From Eledone cirrhosa (Eukaryota), in NCBI GenBank assembly GCA_964016885.1, contig OZ024743.1, forward strand, positions 70,742,001 through 70,806,000: a DNA stretch of 64,000 nt, read 5' to 3'. Shown here one piece after another: positions 25,605 to 41,991 of the stretch. Under the pieces are notes generated by a model that was not told the origin of the DNA, made no database searches, and saw nothing but the letters and a program-made list of their open reading frames with translations. Position 1 is the stretch's first letter. The number at the start of each line of letters is the position of its first letter. The translations under genes were made by a program, and so were the position numbers.

Positions 25605-25780
25605 GATACATACATACATACATACATACATACATACATACATACATACATACATACATACATACATACATACATACATACATACATACACACTCACACA
25701 TACATACACACACTCATACATACATACACACACTCATACATACATACACACATACATACATACATAGATACATACGTACG

Positions 25781-25816
<36 letters not shown>

Positions 25817-25836
25817 TATATATATACATACAAACA

Positions 25837-25867
<31 letters not shown>

Positions 25868-26760
25868 TCTGTAAAACTCACACACACACACGTATACGCA
25901 TATAACATAAATACATACATACATGCATAAATAGATAGGTTATAAAACTCAGTCACACATATATAGACATACGTAAATTGTAAAACTCAGAACACATACA
26001 TATATACATTGGTTTTAAAACTCGCGTAGATACAATCACAGGTTGTAAAATTCACAGACACACACACATACATACATAAATACATACACACATACATACA
26101 TACATACATACATACATACATACATACATACATACATACATACATACATACATACATTGTAAAATCTCACACACACATACATACATACATACATCATACA
26201 TGGTGGCTGCCAACTCGTTTTCGAGTACGGCCACTACTTTATATCCATGTAGGAGAACCCCTACCGATGCGCTGAACGAGTGTGACTTTTTAGTCCAGCC
26301 AGCGACTTGAAAACTCTGGTACAAACACTACACTTGTGACAATTATTGACACATAGTGCTGGGCCCATGGTACCATGTGATGACAAGTGCAGAGAGGTCT
26401 CCAGATATAAAGCAATGCCTGTGCCGTGAAGCTTTTATAGTGAGCAAAGGCACTGCACAAAGCCAGTCCCACTCTCTTAACCAATATGATATTTACCAAA
26501 AAGAAGAACAAGTCAACATCATTGGATACCATCAGGACACATAATACATACATACATACATACATTCATATATATATATACATACATTGTGAAAATTCAC
26601 ACAAACATACATACATTCTTACATAGGTTGTAAAACTCACACATACATATAAACATACAATGATTGTAAAACTCAGACACACACACACACACACAGATAA
26701 ACACATAATCTACACACAGAAACACAGATATATATACACACTCAGAGAAAAACAAACAGT
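25605..26760. repeat. (TACA)n tract with recurrent TGTAAAACTCA motif
   Basis: Direct inspection; about 9 motif copies. Confidence 0.75.
26202..26536 (-). mobile_element. Bipartite non-autonomous RTE derivative, 5'-truncated
   Basis: Near-identical to 13287-13622. Confidence 0.92.
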
Positions 26761-26977
26761 ATACATATATGTAGATAAACACACAGTAATCATAACACAA
26801 AGAAATAACAGATCTCAAACATATATAACCAAACTGATTTTTTTCACTGGCGGCAAATCATTCAGCTTGTTGGTTTTATCGGGCAAATATTTTCTGGCCC
26901 AAGAATTCGTGAGGAATAAAATCTGTTTATATAACATTTATAATGTTGAAACAAAGCAATATTTTATTTAGAAAATA

Positions 26978-27152
26978 ACTGTTTCTACTTTTGGCACAAG
27001 GCCAGCAAATACCCAGTACATTACTGGTACTCTATTTTATCGACCGCGTAAGGATGAAAGGCAAAGTGAACCTCGGCGGGATTTTAACTCAGACCGTAAA
27101 GGGACGTAACTATGCTGGAAAGCATGGCGTCCGACTTTCTACCGATACTGGC
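26978..27152 (-). mobile_element. SINE family A
   Basis: Matches 2168-2352. Confidence 0.88.
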
Positions 27153-27174
27153 ATAACATCGGTGAATTAATATT

Positions 27175-27875
27175 ACCTGGCTGAAAAACCGTGAGAATGA
27201 ACTCAACGCAGTACACTCTACACGTGAACGGAGTTCCACTGAAACAGGTGAAGTTCAAGTATCTCGGGGTTGTGTTCACGAGTGATGGAAGACAGGTGGA
27301 TGAATGAAGTGCAAGAATTGCAGGAGCTGGTGCAGTACTGCGCCAACTTCGACATTCGGTAATTAGAGGAAGAGAGGTAGGTGTAAAAGCCGAACTCGAT
27401 ATCTTCAATTCGGTATTTGTTTCAACCCTTACCAATGGCAATAACCGAAAGAATACGATCGCGTATATAGAAGCGGAGATCATAGAATCACTCCAGGTAG
27501 AGTCGCTACTTCTCTGAATTAAAGGTCACAGCTCTGCTACTGTGGACATGTGGCTAGAATGTCTTAGGAAAGAATCGCTGAACAGATTTTACGGGTAAAA
27601 CCAACCGGCAGGAGACCCAGGGGTAGAACCCCGAGCAAGATGGTTGGATAACATCCATGAGCTTGGCTGGTCTCGCTTGGGGACAGTTGCTTCAGACAGG
27701 ACCCGCAGGGAGGAGTGTTTGAAGACTCTGCCCCCACAACCCTCCCAGGAATAAGTGGAAGAAGAAGAAGAAGAAGAAGAAGAAGAAGAAGAAGAAGAAG
27801 AAGAAGAAGAAGAAGAAGAAGAAGAAGAAGAAGAAGAAGAAGAAGAAGAAGAAGAAGAAGAAGAAGAAGAAGAAG
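27175..27875 (+). mobile_element. Decayed RTE/Expander-like LINE fragment with (GAA)n tail
   Basis: LHVNGVPLKQVKFKYLGVVFTSDGR..RIAGAGAVLRQL; GRTPSK region; (GAA)n at 27758-27875. Confidence 0.75.
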
Positions 27876-27991
27876 ATAACATATAACTTTGATACAAAAC
27901 TATATTTTCTTTACATAACAGGGAATTAAAACCAAGTGAAATTGTTTTATACTTAATTATTAGATTAACGCTTGATATAGCAGGAAGAGGG

Positions 27992-28027
27992 TCGTAACGT
28001 TTCGGATGCTAGTCCTTCATCAGAAGA
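27992..28027 (-). ncRNA. Minimal type-I hammerhead ribozyme motif
   Basis: TCTT-CTGATGA-A-GGAC-TAGC-ATCC-GAAA-CG-TT; downstream CCTCTTCCTGCTATATCAAGCGTT shared with 6241. Confidence 0.6.
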
Positions 28028-28364
28028 AAGAATGAGAAATAAGATAGATTGAGGAGACAGGCGGGTTGGAATTGGAAAAAATGTCTTTAGATAAAAATAA
28101 CAGGTCCATTCATGTTGAAATAGTGATTTCCTTGTTTTTTTGCACGACTCACACACACCACGGATACACACACAAACACATACACACACACAAACGTACA
28201 AACTCACATACATTAGAAGCAATACAAAAATGTCACGAACATACACACACAGACACTCACTCACACGCACAAAAAAAATTCACTGTCACATACAGCGTGA
28301 TCCTAATAAGTTTGTGTTTTTGCATCCCTGTTATTAGATTCTTTCTTCAACTATATATATATAT

Positions 28365-28900
28365 GCGGTACCGAGACTGTGTCAGGGGCACCTTGGCTTG
28401 TGCTGGAATTTCAGCGATGAATGGAATAAAATGGCTGAGGAGCGTGTGAAGTGGAGACGTTTGATCAAGTCAGATACTGAACAGTTTGAAACTCGTCGAA
28501 GAGAACACCTAACACTGAAGAGGAAGATGAGGAAAAGAGACTGTTCTGAACTGCCTGCTATTGAACATCATCTGGTTTGCCAGCACTGTGGTCGAATCTG
28601 CCTCAGTAAAGCTGGTTTGATTAGACACGGAAAAAGTCATATCAGTAGACCTCGTGTAGATTATGATCTGAAAAGATGTAAGGAATGTGGCAAGGAATGT
28701 TCTAGCATGGGAGGTCTTAACAGACATATGAGAACACACAGCCAGAACAAAGCAATGGAAAGTCTCAGAAGAGCTTATAGTTGCCATGTATGTGCTAGAG
28801 GGTGCAAGTCTTTGGCTGGTTTAAAGAGCCACTTTCGTGGTTTACATTTTTGAGCATTTTATCGAGCGATGGCAATGCTCGAACACGAGTTTGCAGCCAC
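28365..28900 (+). mobile_element. RTE-clade LINE 3' end, second family, three C2H2 fingers
   Basis: [47 protein letters not shown]; terminal hairpin GCTCGAACACGAGTTTGCAGCCACC. Confidence 0.88.
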
Positions 28901-28915
28901 CATATATATATATAT

Positions 28916-28971
<56 letters not shown>

Positions 28972-29535
28972 ACTACAACAGGGCACTAACACTACAGCAG
29001 TTGTCATATCTTCTGCCAGGCTAAACAGTTCTCTCAAACTTACACTGTGTTCACTCATTTGTCAACCACATTACAGGGTGTTCTTGGTGTATTTTGTCAT
29101 GGCACCAGCACTAAAGATGTTGTCAAATCCACTGCCAGACTAAACAAACCTACACTGTATCCATTCATTTGCCTACAGCAGGTAAAATAATGAACAGCAA
29201 AGTATTAAAAATGTCAAATGTTTCTGTGTAGATAGAAAAATATCTTCCTATGTTGACATTTCAACAATAATTATCTTATCTCAGCAGAGAAGTGTACAAC
29301 ACTTATGATTTCATGTATGTAGCAGAGAATTATAGAAACTATGTAACACAACAGCTGCAGTTTGATGACGTCCGTCACACCCATACCAATAATTAGTGCA
29401 GGCTGGTTCTTGATTTGCCAAGAAGGATGGAGTATCATTTTGAAGGATGTGAATGACTGTTATGCTTTCTTCTACGGTATGGTTCTGGTGAGTGGGGTTG
29501 AATATAAGTTTATGAAATGTGTTTAATTGATTTCA

Positions 29536-30235
29536 GTGATCGCATTCGATTGTTCTAGATTTATTCGCATTCATGTTAAGATCAGATGATGGTCATAGTT
29601 ATGTTATGTATATGACATACCTTGATAATATGTAGGCTGTCTTCCCCATCGACAAGTCTCTGATATAATGGACGTTCTATAGAATCGGCTGTTATTTCAA
29701 TTCCATGTGCTCTTGAATATCATTGGATTGTTCTAAATATATTCAAGTTCAAGTTTAGAGCAGTTGGCGGTCTTATGTTATGTAAATGTCATACCTTCAT
29801 AATATGTGGACTGTCTTCTCCGTTGAAAAGTCTCTGATATAATTGTTTCTACTTTTGGCACAAGGCCAGCAATTATCCCAGTGTATTACTGGTACTTTAT
29901 TTTATCGACCCCGTAAGGATGAAAGGCAAAGTTAACCTCGGCGGGATTTGAACTCAGATCATAAAGGGAGGTAACTCTATGCTTCAAAGCATAGCGTCCG
30001 ACCCGCTACCGATACTGCCAAAATGGACGTCTGTAGGATCGGCCATAATTGCATTTGCATGTGTGGGTGAATAACTTTGGATTGTCCTAGAATTGTTCAC
30101 GTTCAAGTTAAGGCGGTCTTAGTTACATAGATATAGCAACGCTATCTATGTCATAAGGTGGTGATCGCATTCGATTGTTCTAGATTTATTCGCATTCACG
30201 TTAAGATTAGATGACGGTCATAGTTATGTTATGTT
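29536..30235. repeat. Degenerate ~185-bp tandem duplication interrupted by a SINE
   Basis: CATACCTT.ATAATATGT..CTGTCTTC..AAGTCTCTGATATAAT occurs twice; GATTGTTCTAGA-type motif four times. Confidence 0.7.
29841..30021 (-). mobile_element. SINE family A
   Basis: Matches 2168-2352. Confidence 0.9.
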
Positions 30236-30352
30236 ATGGACGTCGGATAGAATGCTTCGCGGTATGCGTTGCAACTCCCCGAGTTCAAATCACACCAGGG
30301 TAAACTTTACCTTTCATCCTTTCGAGGTCGATAAAAACGTACCAGTCTAGTA
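30236..30352 (+). mobile_element. SINE family A relative, decayed
   Basis: GAGTTCAAATC..CCTTTCATCCTTTCGAGGTCGATAAAA. Confidence 0.7.
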
Positions 30353-30379
30353 CTGGGGGTGGGTGGTGGGGGTCATTTC

Positions 30380-30690
30380 TTCCTCCACCACTACCACTAC
30401 CACTACTACCACTACTACCATTACCACCATCACTAACACTACCACCATCACCACCACTACCATTACCACCATCACTAACACTACCACCCCCAATACCATC
30501 AGCACTACCACTACCACGAGCACTACCATCCCCATTACCACTACTACTACCACTACTACCACCACCACTACCATTACCACTACCACCACCACTAACACTA
30601 CCACCCCCACTACCATCACCACTACCACTACCACGAACACTACCACCTCCAATACCATTATCACTACCACCCCTGGCTACAACACCACAC
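30380..30690. repeat. (ACC/ACT)n trinucleotide repeat
   Basis: Direct inspection. Confidence 0.9.
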
Positions 30691-31470
30691 CACTACCACT
30701 GGCTATAAGATGCAACACACCACAACACCACCACTGGCTATAACATGCAACACACCACAACACCACCACTGGCTATAACATACAACACACCACAACACCA
30801 CCACTGACTATAACATACAACACACCACAACACCACCACTGACTATAACATACAACTCACCACAACAACACTGGCTATAACATACAACACACCACAACAC
30901 CACCACTGGCTATAACATACAACACACCACAACACCACCACTGGCTATAACATACAACTCACCACAACAACACTGGCTATAACATACAACACACCACAAC
31001 ACCACCACTGGCTATAACATACAACACACCACAACACCACCACTGGCTATAACATACAACTCACCACAACAACACTGGCTATAACATACAACACACCACA
31101 ACACCACCACTGGCTATAACATACAACACACCACAACAACACTGGCTATAACATACAACACACCACAACACCACCACTGGCTATAACATACAACTCACCA
31201 CAACACCACCACTGGCTATAACATACAACACACCACAACACCACCACTGGCTATAACATACAACACACCACAACACCACCACTGGCTATAACATACAACA
31301 CACCACAACACCACCACTGGCTATAACATACAACACACCACAACACCACCACTGGCTATAACATACAACTCACCACAACAACACTGGCTATAACATACAA
31401 CACACCACAACACCACCACTGGCTATAACATACAACTCACCACAACAACACTGGCTATAACATACAACAG
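30690..31470. repeat. 35/32-bp minisatellite ACTGGCTATAACATACAACACACCACAACACCACC
   Basis: About 22 near-identical units. Confidence 0.95.
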
Positions 31471-31569
31471 TAAGACGACCAACAGATCACACATTGGACC
31501 GGCTACAAAAGTAAACCAAAACACTAACTGGGTATAACAAGTTGACTCTGAACTCCCGAACACACAGAC

Positions 31570-31697
31570 ACAGAGATAGTGAGATAGAGTGGCAGATAGA
31601 GAGATACGGGGAGTGATAGGGAGAGGGTGATAGAGAGAGGGATATTGTGATACATAGAAAGACAGGAAGGAAGTGAGAGAGTGATATAAAGAAATAG

Positions 31698-31752
<55 letters not shown>

Positions 31753-32404
31753 TAGGTAGATAAAGATAAAGAGATAGAGAGAGCGAGGTAAATAGATAGA
31801 TAGAGAGATAGCGAGAGAGAGAGAGAGACTGAGAGAGATAAAGAGATAGATAGAGAGATAGAGAGAGAGAGAGTGATAAATATATATATATAGAGAGAGA
31901 TAGATATAGATAGATAGAGATAGATAGAAGTAAGAAAGATAGAGAGATAAAAGATAGAGAGATAGAGAGATAGAGAGAGAGAGAAGAGATAAAGATAGAG
32001 AGAGAAGAGAGAAAGATAGAGAGAGTGAGTGTGAGGGTGGTTAAACAGACTTAAACGCACACACATACACACGGTGAATACAATACACACATATGCATAC
32101 AAAGCAGTGAGTATAATACACACACATGCACACAGTGCAGTGACTACAATACATACACATGCATAGAAAGCAGTGACTACAATACGCACACACACACATA
32201 TAGGGCAGTGACTACAATACACACACAGACAGAGACCAGTGGTTATTACACATACGCACACACACACACACTAACAGCCGTTAATTTTGAACAACACACT
32301 CGTTCACACATACACACACTCGTTCACACATACAATCACACTTTTTCTCACTCTTTCACTCACATATACAGAGTGAGATCGAGAGAGAAAGATATATATG
32401 TGTA

Positions 32405-32476
<72 letters not shown>

Positions 32477-33060
32477 GTGAGAGGGGGTGGCGGACACTGA
32501 CTATGGCACTCACATATACTTTTTATCTCTCTCTTCCTTTACTGTACTGAGAGAGAGAGGGGGGTAGAAAGAGAGAGTGAGTGAGTGACAGAGAGACGGA
32601 CACTGTCTCTCTCTCTCTCTCTCAATATACACGTTCTTTCTTTTCATTCACCTACACTCACACAAACAGACAAACACATGCGGACGTTAGCACATTTCCT
32701 TACTTATACACACATACACACGCCCGCACGCACTACCTCTCCTTGTCATTTTCCTTCACTCACTCACACACATTCACAGGCACACACACTACCTATTTTC
32801 GCCTTCACACACACAGGCCCACATTACATCTCCTCTCTCACACACACACAGGCCCACACGACTTCTCGTCGTCACTCCCTGCCTTCATACACACACATAC
32901 ACTACCTCTACCCGGCACTTCCCTCATCTACACACATTACCTCTTCCCAGCACTCTCTCCTTTACACACACACACACTCTCTCACACACATTCACACACA
33001 CGAGAAAGACAAGGGAGAAAATAAGATAGAGAGATAGAGAGATAGAAAAGAGCGTGAGCG
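31570..33060. repeat. (GA)/(GATA)/(CA) low-complexity region
   Basis: Direct inspection. Confidence 0.85.
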
Positions 33061-33513
33061 GGCACCGTCACTCAATAATTTCCCCCTCTGTCTCTCTCTC
33101 TCTCTCTGTCACACACACATATTAACTTTGCTACTCTTACCCCTTGTTCACTCAAACTCAACCGCCCCCCCATACACTGACGGAGAAGGCAGACACCATC
33201 ACTCACATAGATTGAGCAGTTAGTTAGCCTATGATTCCTCCGCTTGTTCTTCTTACAGCCTCGCCGTACCACTCTCTTCTCTCACTCTATTACAGACACA
33301 CAGGAGGAGCTTTTATGCAGGAGTTTAAAGAAAAACCAAGCATTGTTTGCTTCATGGAGTCTTACTTGGAAATTTAAAGGGATTTGTATACATACACACA
33401 CAAATACAAATATATACATTTGTATATATATACACACACATACACATTTGTATATATATATATATATACACACTCATATATAGTGTGTATATATTTATAT
33501 TCTGTATACATAT

Positions 33514-33544
<31 letters not shown>

Positions 33545-33793
33545 ATATCTATTTTATTTGTACATATATATATATATATATATTATATATAGTTTGCCTG
33601 GCTTTCTATATAACTTGCTTTCATGGAATCAAATACAACTTAATGATCACCAAGGTAAGTTTTATTTAATAAACCTTTAGTTATAAAAATCCATGTGTAA
33701 TTTAATTTTAAATTATATATATATCTCTATATATATATATCTATATATATATCTATGTCTGTGTGTGTGTAAGTATATATATATATGTGTGTG

Positions 33794-33840
<47 letters not shown>

Positions 33841-34671
33841 GTGTGTATGTGTATATATATGTGTGTATGTGTATATATATGTGTGTGTATATATGTGTAG
33901 TGTGTATATATATATTTATATATGTGTGTGTGTGTGTGTATATATATATGTGTGTGTGTTTGTCAATATCAACATATATCGTCATGTATATTTAGAATGT
34001 TTGTATATAAAAAAAGGGTTTATATATGTATGTATGTATATAAAATATATATGTAAATATATATGTTGTATACATGATTATTAGTGTACCTTTTAGTTGC
34101 TATAAACTGTGCTATGTGTATATGTGAGTGTTATACATCATTGGGAGGGTGTTTGTATATATGTGTGTGTATGTAATCAAACATTGTTTATCCAGTTTAT
34201 TACACGAGTACATGTGTGTGTGTGTGTGTGTTGATGACACACACACACACATATCTACACAGGCATGTATGCATATACACACTCATATACATCTACACAT
34301 ACGCATGCATGTATATACACACTCATACATCTACACATACGCATGCATACAGACACATATATACACATACATCTACACATACGCATGCAAACATACACAT
34401 ATATGTGTGATGTAGTGTCTCATTTTTTTTTTTTTTTGGTGTGTGCACACACATACATGTATATGTGCATGTATACATACATGTACATGTATACACACTA
34501 TATACATGTATACACATACATAGTTTAAAGTGTTATTGTTATTCTGATAACTGAAGCTTAAGTTTATCTCGTATGCTTTGTGTACACACATACAGACATG
34601 AATACACACACATACACATATGCAGCCACATACATGTACACACACATTGCTGCGGCCATGCTTGAGCATTA

Positions 34672-34871
34672 NNNNNNNNNNNNNNNNNNNNNNNNNNNNN
34701 NNNNNNNNNNNNNNNNNNNNNNNNNNNNNNNNNNNNNNNNNNNNNNNNNNNNNNNNNNNNNNNNNNNNNNNNNNNNNNNNNNNNNNNNNNNNNNNNNNNN
34801 NNNNNNNNNNNNNNNNNNNNNNNNNNNNNNNNNNNNNNNNNNNNNNNNNNNNNNNNNNNNNNNNNNNNNNN
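34672..34871. other. Assembly gap (200 N)
   Basis: Run of N. Confidence 1.
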
Positions 34872-34927
34872 TATGTATGTATATATATATATATGTATGT
34901 ATGTATATATGTATATATATATATATA

Positions 34928-35383
34928 CAAAGGGCAAAGGAGCTCTTAAGAGTCAATGGCCATCCAAAATCACTGGGAGAGATGACCCCTTAGCCTTTGT
35001 CAAGGCAGAATTCTAGGAGAAGGAAAACTCTGATATAAAACCTGCATCCCTGATGGTATCCAATGATGTTGACTTGTTCTTCTTTTTGGTAAATATCATC
35101 TTGGTTAAGAGAGTGGGACTGGCTTTGTGCAGTGCCTTTGCTCACTATAAAAGCTTCACAGCACAGGCATTGCTTTATATCTGGAGATCTCTCTGCACTT
35201 GTCCTCACATGGTACCATGGGCCCAGCACTATGTGTCAATAATTGTCACAAGTGTAATGTTTGTACCAGAGTTTTCAAGTCGCTGGCTGGACTAAAAGGT
35301 CACACTCGTTCAGCGCATCGGTAGGAGTTCTCCTACATGGATATAAAGTAGTGGCCATACTCGAAAACGAGTTGGCAGCCACC
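34928..35383 (+). mobile_element. Bipartite non-autonomous RTE derivative, 5'-truncated
   Basis: Reverse complement of 13287-13742. Confidence 0.92.
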
Positions 35384-37660
<2,277 letters not shown>

Positions 37661-37664
37661 TTAG

Positions 37665-37974
37665 GGAGAGATGACCCCTTAGCCTTTGTCAAGGCAGAAT
37701 TCTAGGAGAAGGAAAACTCTGATATAACACCTGCAACCCTGATGGTATCCAATGATGTTGACTTGTTCTTCTTTTTGGTAAATATCATCTTGGTTAAGAG
37801 AGTGGGACTGGCTTTGTGCAGTGCCTTTGCTCACTATAAAAGCTTCACGGCACAGGCATTGCTTTATATCTGGAGATCTCTCTGCACTTGTCCTCACATG
37901 GTACCATGGGCCCAGCACTATGTGTCAATAATTGTCACAAGTGTAGTGTTTGTACCAGAGGTTTCAAGTCGCTG
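37665..37974 (+). mobile_element. Bipartite non-autonomous RTE derivative, truncated at both ends
   Basis: Matches 34976-35285 including the GTCCTCAC variant. Confidence 0.9.
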
Positions 37975-38132
37975 TACATATATGTATATATATATATGTA
38001 TATATATATATGTATATATATATATGTATATATATGTATATATATATATGTATATATATGTATATATATATATATGTATATATATATGTATATATATATA
38101 TGTATATATATGTATATATACATATATATGTA

Positions 38133-38169
<37 letters not shown>

Positions 38170-38294
38170 ACACATATCCAGTTAGATCACTGTGTGGTGG
38201 GTAGATGGACTGACAAACATCCCCTCCCATATTCCCGAAAAAAATTGTGTAGGTTAGTGTGCCAGGAAAAAACAGTTTTGGCAACATAACATTA

Positions 38295-39000
38295 ATGATG
38301 GTGGTGGCGGTGGTGGTTTTAATAATGGTTAAAGTTTGTGGTTTTGGTGGTCTTCCTATGGTGGTAATTGTAGTAGTAGTAGTAGTAGTAGTGGTGTTGA
38401 TGGCTGTGTGATAGTAGTAGGTGGTCGTGCTGTGGGTGGTAATTGTAGTGGTGGTGGTGGTAGTAGTAGGTGGTCGTGCTGTGGAGGTAATTGTAGTGGT
38501 GTGGTGATGGTTGTAGTTGTAGTAGTAATAGAAGTTGGTGGTTTTCCTATGGTGGTGGTGTTGGTGGCTGTGGTTGTAGTAGCAGTTGTAGTAGGTGGTG
38601 ATTCAATGGTGGTAGTAGTAGTGATGGCTGTAGTAGTAGTATTAGTAGTAGTAATAGAAGTTGGTGGTCTTCCTATGGTGGTAATTGTAGTAGTAGTAGT
38701 AGTGGTAGTGGTGGTGGTGTTGATTGCTGTGGTAGTAGTAGCAGTTGTAGTAGGTGGTCATGCAGTGGTGGTAGTAGTGCTGGCTGTAGTGGTAGTAGTA
38801 GAAGTTGATGGTCTTCCTATGGTGGTGGTGGTGGTGGTTTGGTAGTAGTTGGTGGTCGGGCTTTGGTGGTGATGGCTGGTTGTAGTAGTAGTAGTGGCAG
38901 TAGTAGTTAGTTGTGTTGTAGTTGGTGGGCGTGTTGCGGTAGTGCTAGATGTAGTAGTAGTAGTAGTAGTGGTAGTGGTCGTAGTAGTAGTAGTGTGGTT
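38295..39000. repeat. (GTA/GTG)n degenerate trinucleotide repeat
   Basis: Direct inspection. Confidence 0.9.
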
Positions 39001-39230
39001 GCTGCTGGCAACTGTATATTTTTCTTATATATCAATTTATTTATTCTGGACGTGCCGGTGTCTTATTAATGTTACATTTTAAAATGTGAGATATAATCAA
39101 CTGAAACTACTAATTATTTCACTTCTCTCACTCCCCCCTCCTCTCTCTCTTTCTCTCACCCTATCTCCCTCCCTTTCTCTCTCACCATCTTCATCTCTCA
39201 CCATCTCCCTCCCTTTCTCTCTCACCCTCT

Positions 39231-39305
<75 letters not shown>

Positions 39306-39307
39306 CA

Positions 39308-39980
39308 TAATCGGATAAAGCTAATAGCGATACTCCGGCCAAATTCCAACTCATTCAACAAACATTAGGAAATACCTGAGTATATTCCTAATTAAACGTT
39401 CGGGGTGCTAACTAATTGTATTGTGTGGAAAATTGGCTGTATCATTTCATATGAGATATATCAAATATATCACTTTCCAGACGACTCGTTTCACTAGAAG
39501 ATTGCTACAAGTTGGGTGAAATTATACCAAATTATGTAGAAGCTTGTATAAGATCAACAGATACATATTCAAGTGGGCTCTTATAATTCTTTAGTGGGTG
39601 CCGAATACTATTAATATTTGTTTCTACTTTAGGCACAAGGCCAGCAATTATCCAGTGCATTACTGGTACTTTATTTTTATCGACCCCGTAAGGATGAAAG
39701 GCAAAGTTAACCTCGGCGGGATTTGAACTCAGATCGTAAAGGGACGTAACTATGCTGGAAAGCATGGCGTCCGACCCTCTACCGATACTGCCAATCCACC
39801 GCCAAACCAAATCAACATCAATATTTAGCGATACTCACCATCAGTGCTTGAGGGAGCTGCTAGGTTGTTAGTGCAGTAGTTCTAAAGAAAATCTGACAGT
39901 CTCGAAAATAGGAGGAAGGAGACTACCGCCAAAAAACAATACATGCGCAGGACAATGAACTCTGAAAAGAATTCAATTAT
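39308..39980. repeat. Unclassified interspersed repeat interrupted by SINE A
   Basis: Collinear with 45530-46030 once 39618-39803 is removed. Confidence 0.7.
39618..39803 (-). mobile_element. SINE family A
   Basis: Matches 2168-2352. Confidence 0.92.
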
Positions 39981-40126
39981 ATATATATATAATTGGGAGG
40001 TTATATTCGTAGTAAGTATCCCGTTCTCGGCACTTCACCCGGGATGATAATCAGCAGGGTGAAAGGCGCGTCCTCCAGTATGGTTTGCTAATTTGTTGTG
40101 GAACTCTGTGTGTATATATATATATA

Positions 40127-40157
<31 letters not shown>

Positions 40158-40389
40158 GAGATATCCAAAATGGTTGACTAAATACGCACGCGTTTTTTTT
40201 GTTTTTTTTTCATATTCTACCGCTCCTTCTTTTTCTCACTCTTTATCTTTCTATTTCATCTTCTATTTCTAACTCTATCTCTTGATGAAAGTATTTGAAA
40301 CGTTGACACTTTTTTGGCTATTTCAATTGTTAAATTAATATATTTCTTCAATGTACTGAGTTGTTTACTTTCTTATTTCTGTTTACGCT

Positions 40390-40537
<148 letters not shown>

Positions 40538-40932
40538 AAACGATATGTACGAGGATATATCAATTGAGAAAAAAAACTAGTATTGCTTGCATATATATAG
40601 ACCAAATGATATGTAGATTTAATACACATTTTAAACCATACTCATAGGTGTTAGAATATTGATTAAACCATAAATTAACTTATACACACATACACAAAGG
40701 TTAAAGTTGAGAATTTCTATTATTAGTTTAACTGAACACTACACAACTGGCAGTTTCAAAACGAAAACATCTATATCATCAAGTGTATTTGAGAAAAATA
40801 AATGAATCTAGAAAAAACGGAAATTGTTGATACGAACTAGTTTCAACCTTCATTCTAAACTTTACACTGATGATAATACAGATAAGACAAATATTGCTTT
40901 TTATCAATACAGCACAAACTCTGACTAAATTC

Positions 40933-40977
<45 letters not shown>

Positions 40978-40980
<3 letters not shown>

Positions 40981-41257
40981 ATTAAGGTTGCTTAGATGCG
41001 TCCAAAGGCGGTATGCCGGTTGAGCACTCTATGCTCCTTCTGAGCAGAGTATGATAATATGGAAATCAAAGAATCAGTGATGCATCGGAACACAATTTAT
41101 TACGTATTACAAATGTTTCGCTCGAGGTGCGATCTGTTTGTGGATCGAACCTGTCTTGCGAATCCAGAGTCAGGTTCGATTCACAAACAGATCGCACCTC
41201 GAGCTGTTCGCCGGAGAAACATATTTGTAATACGTTATAAATTGTGTTTCGATGCAT
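40978..41257 (-). mobile_element. Asymmetric fold-back element in (TA)n with ACTC/GAGT tail
   Basis: Imperfect palindrome 41080-41257; tail 40978-41079 homologous to 2795-2872. Confidence 0.6.
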
Positions 41258-41432
41258 ATATATATTAATAATAGGTAGATAAAATTATCAAGGTATAGAG
41301 CAACTCAAGTCCGTAGAGTGAGTTTGAATATAATTATTAAGGTCAGATACTACAACGGCACCTTACCATGTACATACCTTTCGTTAGCCCTGATAACCAA
41401 CTTATTCAACAGGTTGAACAAGTGTTATACAA

Positions 41433-41467
<35 letters not shown>

Positions 41468-41559
41468 GAAGACGATCGACTTTCGTCAAATCGGACCGAG
41501 GGAACAATGTTGGTCTTTCCAATTGCTAATACTATCTATCGGTCGCAACTCCAGGTAGA

Positions 41560-41679
41560 AGGAACAACGTGAAATAAAGTGTCTTGCTCAAGGACATAAC
41601 GCATCGCCTGGTCCAGGAATCGAACTCACAACCTTACGATTGCGAATCCAATTCTCTAACCACTCAGCCACACGCCTTC

Positions 41680-41680
<1 letters not shown>
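41560..41680 (-). mobile_element. SINE family B, 5' part
   Basis: GTGGCTGAGTGG A box, GAGTTCGATTCC B box, TCCTTGAGCAAGACACTT. Confidence 0.8.
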
Positions 41681-41716
<36 letters not shown>

Positions 41717-41720
<4 letters not shown>

Positions 41721-41878
41721 GTTTCTACTTTTGGCACAAGGTCAGCAATTATTTCAGTGTATTAGTGGTACTTTATTTTATCGACTCCATAAGGATGAAA
41801 GGCAAAGTTAACCTCGGCAGGATTTGAACTCAGTCTGTAAAGGGACGTAACTATGCTGGAAAGTATGACGTCCGACTC
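41717..41878 (-). mobile_element. SINE family A
   Basis: Matches 2168-2352. Confidence 0.88.
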
Positions 41879-41991
41879 TCTCTCTCGCGGAGATTTTGCA
41901 ACATGTTTCACTATCTGCATTTTTACTCTCATTCTTGTAGAAACACGTGTAAGATAAATAAAATTTCTTAACTTTTTTCATTTCATTATCA

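Noticed and set aside
30690-31470. CRISPR-like regular array
   Set aside because: No unique spacers, no cas genes, eukaryotic context
40278-40308. Hammerhead-like TTGATGA..GAAACGTT
   Set aside because: Core C mutated and stem II weak; at best a dead remnant
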